From NCBI GenBank assembly GCA_030770535.1, contig JASVEC010000125.1, positions 1 through 44,861 on the forward strand: 44,861 nucleotides of DNA, written 5' to 3'. The first letter of the stretch is position 1. Every line of letters begins with the position of its first letter. The notes under the pieces were generated by a model. It made no database searches. It saw nothing but the letters and a program-made list of their open reading frames with translations, and was not told where the DNA came from. This document shows positions 25,704 through 35,112 of this stretch, one piece after another. A program made the position numbers and the translations under genes. Source of the DNA: Batkoa obscura. Lineage: Eukaryota.

Positions 25704-26958
25704 GGGAGTTGTCTGAATTAGTTTCATTATTTTATCCAATTTTTGAAAAATTTTGTATTTTAAAAACTTCGCTTAAAATTCTATAAAATCAACTTTTTTA
25801 TTAAAACAAAAGTACCCAAACACAGTTCTAAATCATTCTATTATAGTTTATACTGTAAGTTAAATTAGTTGAATTTGTACTAGATCTTAAATACATGTTC
25901 TCATAAAACTTTATTGAGAAATATTTATTATCAACTGCTTTATAACCAACATTGTAGATTTATTATCAAATAAATAAGCTATTTTAATGTTATAATTACA
26001 TTATTAATATATTGCCAAGTTAATAAATAGCTGCATGGGAGGGAGTGGTTAGCCCAAAAACTATAATTAACCATCCTTATATAGTACAAATAATATAATA
26101 ATAAGTTTTACATATTATTACAATTACTTGTTCTTTGACTATTTATTAACTTGGCTATTAATAACTTAGGTAATCAATCTTACATTTAATAATCTATTTC
26201 TATCAGATACTGGATAACAATGTAGTTTATTGTTATGTTTAATAAAGTGTAAATACTTCTTAATGCCTTGCATCTCTATTATTCTTTTTGTATTTTTAAT
26301 AATAGGTTTTAATGTTGATATTTTATTATTATTACTTGTTTTTGAATAATCATATTGATTTCTATTTATATTAAACTCAAAACTCTTACATTCATCAAAA
26401 GAATATACTGAAGCTATAGTTGATAATAACGCTACTCGTTGATTCTTATTTCCTGTTTCCCTTAAAGCACTAATTTTATACATTACTTGATTGTTTATTA
26501 TTATCGATAGTAAACTTTGATAATATATCTTTTCTTTGTTTTGTTTTATTATAAAATTCCATAAACCTTGGGTTGTTATAAGTAGCTCTCAAATTGATGT
26601 AAATGAATTACAATGTTTATATTGTGTACTCCCCCTACTGTATTGAAATTTTCAAAAATTCCATTTCGAAGTTAGTTATGAAAGTTTGCATTTTATTTTT
26701 ATTTCTATTCCAACAAAAAATAAAGCCAAATAACTGTATTTATATAATTATATATCTGTTAAATATCTAACAGAACTAACATAAAATATATAGTTAGGAA
26801 AATTAGCTATTTAAGAAAAGGAAACAATTAAAATAAGTTTTAAATAGAGATATTTAATTTTAGGCTTTTTAGATTTAACCGTTATATTGGACACAAACTT
26901 GAAATTTTAAATTTGGGTTAATTTCTAAGTAAATTCTGAAACCAATTAGGACAGCCCC
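25704..26958 (-). mobile_element. Non-autonomous ~1.25-kb deletion derivative, inverted
   Basis: Near-identical reverse complement of 21888-23136; same 105-aa ORF. Confidence 0.88.
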
Positions 26959-27294
26959 ATCTAGTACAAATTCAACTAACTTACAGTATGAACTATAATA
27001 GAATGATTTAGAACTGTGTCTGGGTACTTTTGTTTTAATAAAAATCGGACAAAATAATGAAACTAACTCGGAAAACCTCATATATTAGTAAAAGCCTTGC
27101 TAATCTAACAATTTCTATTAGATCTAGTAGAAATTCTGCTAACTTACAATATAAATTATAACAAACAATTTCAAACTGTGGTGTGTCTCAAGATACTTTT
27201 GCTTTTTAAAAAAGTTGTTTTTATAGTTTTAAGCAAAGTTTTTAAATGTAAAATTTTTGAAACTTGAATAGAAGAATAATTTAGACAATCCCCC
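26959..27294 (+). mobile_element. Two tandem decayed right-end fragments of the Sola-like element
   Basis: ATCTAGTA.AAATTC... segments ending GAAAACCTC (27079) and GACAATCCCCC (27294), each followed by ATAT. Confidence 0.75.
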
Positions 27295-27298
27295 ATAT

Positions 27299-27395
27299 GG
27301 GGATGCATTTTTGCGTTTAAGAATTTTACTAACAAAATTTCCACTCAAATAGCGCTTAAAAATGGAAAAAATAATGAAGTCAAAAAAACACTCCC
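27299..27395 (-). mobile_element. 98-bp MITE
   Basis: TSD ATAT, abutting a right TIR. Confidence 0.88.
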
Positions 27396-27440
27396 ATATG
27401 GTATTTACTAACTTTAAAATATTTTTTTTGAATAATATAT

Positions 27441-27539
27441 GGGAGTGTTTTTTTTGACTTCATTATTTTTTCCATTTTTTGAGCGCCATTTAAGCGGAAA
27501 ATTTGTTAGTAAAATTCTTAGACACAAAAATACATCCCC
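27441..27539 (+). mobile_element. 98-bp MITE
   Basis: TSD ATAT. Confidence 0.88.
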
Positions 27540-27679
27540 ATATAAATATTATTATTTTATTATATTATCAAAGTTTGTTTATATAGCAACCTTGTTTGAT
27601 TTTTTTTAGCTTAAAACGTTTTTGACTATTGATTTTAAGGTACAATTTTTTATATTTATATATAAAATCACATTAATAT

Positions 27680-28744
27680 GGGGCTGTCTTAATTGGTTTC
27701 AGAATTTACTTAGAAATTGATCCAAATTTTAAAATTTTAAGTTTGTGTCCAATATGACGGTTAAATCTAAGGAGCCTAAAGTTAAATTTCTCTATTTAAA
27801 ACATTTTAATTGTTTCATTTTCTTAAATAGCTCATTTTCCTAACCATATGGGAGTGTTTTTTTTGGCTTTATTACTTTTTCCATCTTTTAAGCGCTGTTT
27901 GCGTGGAAAATTTGTTAGTAAAATTCTTGAACACAAAAATACATCCTCATATGCTTTACATTATTTCTGTTAAATATTTAATAGATATATAATATATAAC
28001 TATATGATTATATAATTATATAAATACAGTTTATTTGACTTTATTTTTTGTTGAAATAAAAATAAAATGCAAACTTTCATAACTAACTTCGAAATGGAAT
28101 TTTTGAAAATTTCAATACAGTAGGGGGAGTACACAATATAAACATTGTAATTCATTTACATCAATTTGAGAGCTACTTATAACAACCCAAGGTTTATGGA
28201 ATTTTATAATAAAACAAAACAAAGAAAAGATATATTATCAAAGTTTACTATCGATAATAATAAACAATCAAGTAATGTATAAAATTAGTGCTTTAAGGGA
28301 AACAGGAAATAAGAATCAACGAGTAGCGTTATTATCAACTATAGCTTCAGTATATTCTTTTGATGAATGTAAGAGTTTTGAGTTTAATATAAATAGAAAT
28401 CAATATGATTATTCAAAAACAAGTAATAATAATAAAATATCAACATTAAAACCTATTATTAAAAATACAAAAAGAATAATAGAGATGCAAGGCATTAAGA
28501 AGTATTTACACTTTATTAAACATAACAATAAACTACATTGTTATCCAGTATCTGATAGAAATAGATTATTAAATGTAAGATTGATTACCTAAGTTATTAA
28601 TAGCCAAGTTAATAAATAGTCAAAGAACAAGTAATTGTAATAATATGTAAAACTTATTATTATATTATTTGTACTATATAAGGATGGTTAATTATAGTTT
28701 TTGGGCTAACCACTCCCTCCCATGCAGCTATTTATTAACTTGGC
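27680..28744 (+). mobile_element. Deletion-derivative copy lacking the right end
   Basis: 27680-~28473 appears identical to 30689-~31482 including MITE; ends in fold-back junction. Confidence 0.85.
27850..27948 (+). mobile_element. 98-bp MITE in element left arm
   Basis: TSD ATAT; same as 30859 copy. Confidence 0.9.
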
Positions 28745-29002
28745 TATTAATAACTTAGGTAATCAATCTTACATTTAATAATCTATTTCTATCAGATACT
28801 GGATAACAATGTAGTTTATTGTTATGTTTAATAAAGTGTAAATACTTCTTAATGCCCTGCATCTCTATTATTCTTTTTGTATTTTTGTTTCTTTTATACT
28901 TTTTAAAAATTATATCTGTTTTCCCATTACTAATAGTCGAGTTATTAATTTTATTATGCTCGCAAATAAAAGCCTCAAATCTTGAAATTAATTGATTGAT
29001 AT

Positions 29003-29103
29003 GGGGGATGTATTTTTGTATTTAAGAATTTTACTAACAATTTTCTTTACTCAAATAGCGCTTAAAAGATGGAAAAAATAATGAACCCAAAAAAAACATC
29101 CCC
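29003..29103 (-). mobile_element. MITE in transposase
   Basis: TSD ATAT versus empty site in 16826-16835. Confidence 0.9.
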
Positions 29104-29304
29104 ATATTTTCTATTTTACCTAACGCTTCAAAACTACTTTTCCATTTTGAAAGGTTTCCAATATGTCCATCAACTATACTTTTTCCATGATACTCAGCAA
29201 AAAAATTAAGATTAACATTCAAACTACTATTTATTTTATGAATTTCTTTAAACATATAGTGTAGAAACTCTTGGAATCTAAAATGATTTCCTGTATTTGT
29301 CCAT

Positions 29305-29768
29305 TATGAAATATCGCTTTGTCAGTCCCATGGTTAATTATAGTATAGCAATCACCTAAGCTGTTGTGTTCTTGAGTTCAGAGAAAATCAATCCCATGTT
29401 CTTATTTTGATTTGTTATGAGAATTTCTATCTTCGTCTCAAAGAATATTCTCCCCTCGTTTTGATATTCATACTTATCGGAGTATAAAAGAGATTCTAAA
29501 ACATAACAGCTCAAGGCTTTTTAACTGAATTATTCCCTAATATCTCGAACACTTAATAAAGCCACTAAGTTTTCTTAGTAGTATTTTACGTAGATTTTAC
29601 ATTAGTATTGTCTATTATATTTGTTTTGTATAGCTTGTAACCTATTACGTGCTATTCCTCATAATCTAAGTCTATCTTAGTCACATAAACTAAGACCTTT
29701 CGACTTATAGTGTAGTCAACCTAGCAATAGCTGTTCTTGACTCCAAACCCTGAGTACCAGATTTCACA
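29305..29768 (+). mobile_element. Solo LTR (464 bp) inside transposase
   Basis: TATGAAAT...ATTTCACA, TSD CCAT, interrupts the NIWADTG codons; homologous to 14900-15335. Confidence 0.82.
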
Positions 29769-29844
29769 CCATATATTAATTTTTGTAAACTTTTTAAATA
29801 GAAGCTCTGTAGAGATCAAATTGATTAAACAATCTCCTGCATAT

Positions 29845-29943
29845 GGGGATGCATTTTTGTGTTTAAGAATTTTACTAATAAATTTTCGGCTCAAATAGTG
29901 CTTAAAAGGTGGAAAAAGTAATGAAATCAAAAAAAACATCCCC
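29845..29943 (-). mobile_element. MITE in transposase at DSAY site
   Basis: TSD ATAT versus empty site CAGCATATGCAGG at 32101. Confidence 0.9.
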
Positions 29944-30141
29944 ATATGCTGAATCATGATTCAATATTTCAGATAAATAATCAAAGTAAACTTTGCCTAT
30001 TGTTTTATCATCTTTTAAATACAAAACACCAAAACCTAATACTTATATAGCTTGTTTATTATAATGATCTAGATTTATTGAATCTGGTCTTGTTCCTATT
30101 TCCATATTTTGTTTAAAATCTAAAATTATTATACAACTTCT

Positions 30142-30237
30142 GGGGATATATTTTTTTGTTTAAGAATTTTACCAACGATCTTTTCACTCAAATAGTGCTT
30201 AAAAAATGGAAAAATAATGAACTAAAAAAAAATCCCC
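30142..30237 (-). mobile_element. MITE in transposase
   Basis: TSD TTCT. Confidence 0.88.
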
Positions 30238-30546
30238 TTCTCTTATTTAGTTTTTTAATAGTTTCCATTAAATGTGCTTTTTTGAGTATCAACACAGAAT
30301 TTATGTAATTTGTATAATTTTTCTTCTATCTCTGCTTTGTTTTTTATTGCTGTATTTAATTTATTTTCAAATAACTTTTTTCTAACTGTATACTGAGCAC
30401 ATATATTACATAGATCTGTTTTTCTTGCTGGATTTTTGAAATTACTTGGTATATATTTAAAGAACGTTAACCTAGCTACTGCTTTATCTCTTAGATCATT
30501 AAAATATTTACTATATATCATTCTTCTACTTTTATTTAATATATAT

Positions 30547-30642
30547 GGGAATGTTTCTTTTGATTCCATTGTTTTTCCATTTTTTAAGCATTATTTAAGC
30601 GGAAAATTTGTTAGTGAAATTCAAACACAAAAATATATCCCC
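30547..30642 (+). mobile_element. MITE in transposase
   Basis: TSD ATAT. Confidence 0.88.
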
Positions 30643-30858
30643 ATATATTATCTGATGAATATTTACTATCATTATTTTTTTATTAAATGGGGCTGTCTTA
30701 ATTGGTTTCAGAATTTACTTAGAAATTGATCCAAATTTTAAAATTTTAAGTTTGTGTCCAATATGACGGTTAAATCTAAGGAGCCTAAAGTTAAATTTCT
30801 CTATTTAAAACATTTTAATTGTTTCATTTTCTTAAATAGCTCATTTTCCTAACCATAT

Positions 30859-30957
30859 GGGAGTGTTTTTTTTGGCTTTATTACTTTTTCCATCTTTTAA
30901 GCGCTGTTTGCGTGGAAAATTTGTTAGTAAAATTCTTGAACACAAAAATACATCCTC
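30859..30957 (+). mobile_element. 98-bp MITE in element left arm
   Basis: TSD ATAT. Confidence 0.9.
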
Positions 30958-31204
30958 ATATGCTTTACATTATTTCTGTTAAATATTTAATAGATATATA
31001 ATATATAACTATATGATTATATAATTATATAAATACAGTTTATTTGACTTTATTTTTTGTTGAAATAAAAATAAAATGCAAACTTTCATAACTAACTTCG
31101 AAATGGAATTTTTGAAAATTTCAATACAGTAGGGGGAGTACACAATATAAACATTGTAATTCATTTACATCAATTTGAGAGCTACTTATAACAACCCAAG
31201 GTTT

Positions 31205-32771
31205 ATGGAATTTTATAATAAAACAAAACAAAGAAAAGATATATTATCAAAGTTTACTATCGATAATAATAAACAATCAAGTAATGTATAAAATTAGTGC
31301 TTTAAGGGAAACAGGAAATAAGAATCAACGAGTAGCGTTATTATCAACTATAGCTTCAGTATATTCTTTTGATGAATGTAAGAGTTTTGAGTTTAATATA
31401 AATAGAAATCAATATGATTATTCAAAAACAAGTAATAATAATAAAATATCAACATTAAAACCTATTATTAAAAATACAAAAAAAATTAAAGATGACCAAA
31501 TTGAAACTATCATACAATATTTACTAAATGATTCAACTATTTCATCTTGATTCAATAAAAAAAATAATGATAATAAATATTCGTCAGATAATATATATAT
31601 TAAATAAAAGTAGAAGAATGATATATAGTAAATATTTGAATGATCTAAGAGATAAAGCAGTAGCTAGGTCAACGTTCTTTAAATATATACCAACTAATTT
31701 CAAAAATCCAGCAAGAAAAACGGATCTATGTAATATATGTACCCAGTATACAGTTAGAAAAAAGTTATTTGAAAATAAAATAAATACAGCAAAAAACAAA
31801 GCAGAGATAAAAGAAATTTTCAACGAAGAAGAAAAATTATACAAATTACATAAATTCTGTGTTGATACTAAAAAAACACATTTAATGAAACTATCAAAAA
31901 ATTAAATAACAAAAGTTGTATAATAGTTTTAGATTTTAAACAAAATATGGAAATAGGAACAAGACCAGATTCAATAAATCTAGATCATTATAATAAACAA
32001 GCTATATCAGTATTAGGTTTTGGTGTATTATATTTAAAAGATGATAAAACAATAGGCAAAGTTTACTTTGATTATTTATCTGAAATATTGAATCATGATT
32101 CAGCATATGCAGGAGATTGTTTAATCGATTTAATCTCTACAGAGCTTCTATTTAAAAAGTTTACAAAAATTAATATATGGGCAGATACAGGAAATCATTT
32201 TAGATCCCAAGAGTTTCTACACTATATATTTAAAGAAATTCATAAAATAAATAGTAGTTTGAATGTCAATCTTAATTTTTTTGCTGAGCATCATGGAAAA
32301 AGTATAGTTGATGGACATTTTGGAAACCTTTCAAAATGGAAAAGTAGTTTTGAAGCGTTAGGTAAAATAGAAGATATCGATCAATTAATTTCAAGATTTG
32401 AGGCTTTTATTTGCGAGCATAATAAAATTAATAACTCGACTGTTAATAATGGGAAAACAGATATAATTTTTAAAAAGTATAAAAGAAACAAAAATACAAA
32501 AAGAATAATAGAGATGCAGGGCATTAAGAAGTATTTACATTTTATTAAACATAACAATAAACTACATTGTTATCCAGTATCTGATACATCAAAAAAAAGC
32601 GATATAGTCCCAATTAAAGCTATAGAGTCTATAGAAAACAGAAAAATTAAAAGATCGATCCCAGCTTACCTTACGAAGATAACAGAGAATTTCAAAATTT
32701 CGATATTTACTAAACAAGTGAGTAGTTTGTTGAATGATAGAAATAGATTGTTAAATGTTAGGATTACTTAA
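31205..32771 (+). pseudogene. Sola-like (DDD) transposase, ~520 aa when reconstructed
   Basis: Motifs DLCNIC, LDFKQN, WADTGNHFRS, FFAEHHGKSIVDGHFG parallel the Sola2-type DFxEN / SDG / HGKxxxDG pattern. Broken by a 2-nt deletion (~31275), TGA at 31548, an A8 run (~31560) and a 1-nt loss (~31870); each is intact in another copy. Confidence 0.75.
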
Positions 32772-33694
32772 GTTATTAATAGCTAAGTTAATAAATAGTC
32801 AAAGAACAAGTAACTGTAATAATATGTAAAAACTATTATTACTTGTACTATATAGGGATGGTTAATTATAGTTTTGGGGCTGACCGTTCCCTCCCATGCA
32901 GCTATTTATTAACTTGGCAATATATTAATAATGTAATTATAACATTAAAGTAGTTTATTTATTTGATAATAAATCTACAATGTTGGTTATAAAGCAGTTG
33001 ATAATAAATATTTCTCAATTAAGCTTTATAAGAACATGTATTTAAGATCTAGTAGAAATTCAACTAACTTACAGTATGAGCTATAATAGAATGATTTAGA
33101 ACTGTGTTTGGGTACTTTTGTTTTAATAAAAGATGTGATTTTATAGAATTTTAAGCGAAGTTTTTAGAATACAAAATTTTTCAAAAATTGGATAAAATAA
33201 TGAAACTAATTCAGACAACCCCATATAGTAAATATTTGAATAACCTAAGAGATAAAGCAGTAGCTAGGTTAACGTTCTTTAAATATATACCAGGTAATTT
33301 CAAAAATCCAGCAAGAAAAACAGATCTATGTAATATATGTGCTCAGTATACAGTTAGAAAAAAGTTATTTGAAAATAAATTAAATACAGCAATAAAAAAC
33401 AAAGCAGAGATAGAAGAAAAATTATACAAATTACATAAATTCTGTGTTAATACTCAAAAAAACACATTTAATGAAACTGTTAAAAAATTAAATAACAAAA
33501 GTTGTATAATAATTTTAGATTTTAAACAAAATATGGAAATAGGGACAAGACCAGATTCAATAAATCTAGATCATTATAATAAACAAGCTATATCAGTATT
33601 GGGCTTTGGTGTTTTGTATTTAAAAGATGATAAAACAATAGGCAAAGTTTACTTTGATTATTTATCTGAAATATTGAATCATGATTCAGCATAT

Positions 33695-33792
33695 GGGGAT
33701 GTTTTTTTCGGTTTCATTATTTTTCCATTTTTTGAGCGCTATTTGAGCGAAAAAATTGTTAGCAAAGTTCTTAAACATAAAAATACATTCTC
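33695..33792 (+). mobile_element. 98-bp MITE, in-frame in transposase
   Basis: TSD ATAT; ORF 33188 reads through it. Confidence 0.92.
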
Positions 33793-33915
33793 ATATGCAG
33801 GAGATTGTTTAATCAATTTGATCTCTACAGAGCTTCTATTTAAAAAGTTTACAAAAATTAATATATGGGCAGATACAGGAAATTATTTTAGATCCCAAGA
33901 GTTTCTACACTATAT

Positions 33916-34014
33916 GGGGATGTACTTTTGTATTTAAGAATTTTATTAGCAATTTTTCCACTCAAATAGTGCTTAAAAAGTAGAAAAAGTAATCAACCCA
34001 AAAAAAACAGCCCC
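33916..34014 (-). mobile_element. MITE in transposase (antisense, truncating)
   Basis: TSD ATAT. Confidence 0.9.
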
Positions 34015-34043
34015 ATATGTTTAAAGAAATTCATAAAATAAAT

Positions 34044-34141
34044 GGGGCTGTTTTTTTTAGTTTCATTATTTTTCCATTTTTTAAGCGCTATTTATGTGGA
34101 AAAATTGTCAGTAAAATTCTTAAATACAAAAATACATCCCC
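34044..34141 (+). mobile_element. 98-bp MITE, in-frame in transposase
   Basis: TSD AAAT; ORF 34017 reads through it. Confidence 0.92.
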
Positions 34142-35112
34142 AAATAGTAGTTTGAATGTTAATCTTAATTTTTTTGCTGAGCATCATGGAAAAAGTATAG
34201 TTGATGGACATATTGGAAACCTTTCAAAATGGAAAAGTAGTTTTGAAGCGTTAGGTAAAATAGAAGATATCAATTGATTAGTTTCAAGATTTGAGGCTTT
34301 TATTTGTGAGTATAATAAAATTAATAACTTGACTGTTAATAATGGGAAAACAGATATAATTTTTAAAAAGTATAAAAGAAACAAAAGCACAAAAAGGATA
34401 ATAAAGATGCAGGGCATTAAGAAGTATTTACATGTTATTAAACATAATAATAAGCTATATTGTTATCCAGTATCTGATATATCAAAAAAGTGATATATTA
34501 TAATCAAAGCTATAAGGTCTATAGAAAACAGAAAAATTAAAAGATCGATCCCAGCTTACCTTACGAAGATAACAGAGAATTTCAAAATTTCAATATTTAC
34601 TAAGCAAGTGAGTAGTTTGTTGAATGATAGAAATAGATTGTTAAATGTTAGGATTACTTAAGTTATTAATAGCTAAGTTAATAAATAGTCAAAGAACAAG
34701 TAACTGTAATAATATGTAAATACTATTATTACTTGTACTATGTAGGGATGGTTAATTATAGTTTTTGGGCTAACCACTCCCTTCCATGCAGCTATTTATT
34801 AACTTGGCAATATATTAATAATGTAATTATAACATTAAAATAGCTTATTTATTTGATAATAAATCTACAATGTTGGTTATAAAGCAGTTGATAATAAATA
34901 TTTCTCAATTAAGCTTTATAAGAACATGTATTTAAGATCTAGTAGAAATTCAACTAACTTACAGTATGAGCTATAATAGAATGATTTAGAACTGTGTTTG
35001 GGTACTTTTGTTTTAATAAAAGATGTGATTTTATAGAATTTTAAGCGAAGTTTTTAGAATACAAAATTTTTCAAAAATTGAATAAAATAATGAAACTAAT
35101 TCAGACAACCCC

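Larger units (their letters stand above)
28728..30688 (-). mobile_element. Inverted internal copy of the Sola-like element with four MITEs and a solo LTR
   Basis: Reverse complement of transposase; MITEs at 29003, 29845, 30142, 30547; LTR at 29305. Confidence 0.85.
30689..33222 (+). mobile_element. Full-length Sola-like DNA transposon (~2.43 kb plus a nested MITE)
   Basis: Left end GGGGCTGTCTTAATTGGTTTCA and right end TGAAACTAATTCAGACAACCCC form imperfect ~22-bp TIRs; transposase inside; flanks AAAT/ATAT. Confidence 0.88.
33223..35112 (+). mobile_element. 5'-truncated copy of the Sola-like element with three nested MITEs
   Basis: Matches 31623-33222 through the right TIR; MITEs at 33695, 33916, 34044. 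Confidence 0.88.

Noticed and set aside
31205..33222. Fanzor/TnpB nuclease with omegaRNA
   Set aside because: No RuvC or zinc-ribbon TnpB motifs; the protein has transposase DDD-type motifs only.
33695..33792. MITE as an introner
   Set aside because: No GT/GC..AG at its boundaries in either orientation.
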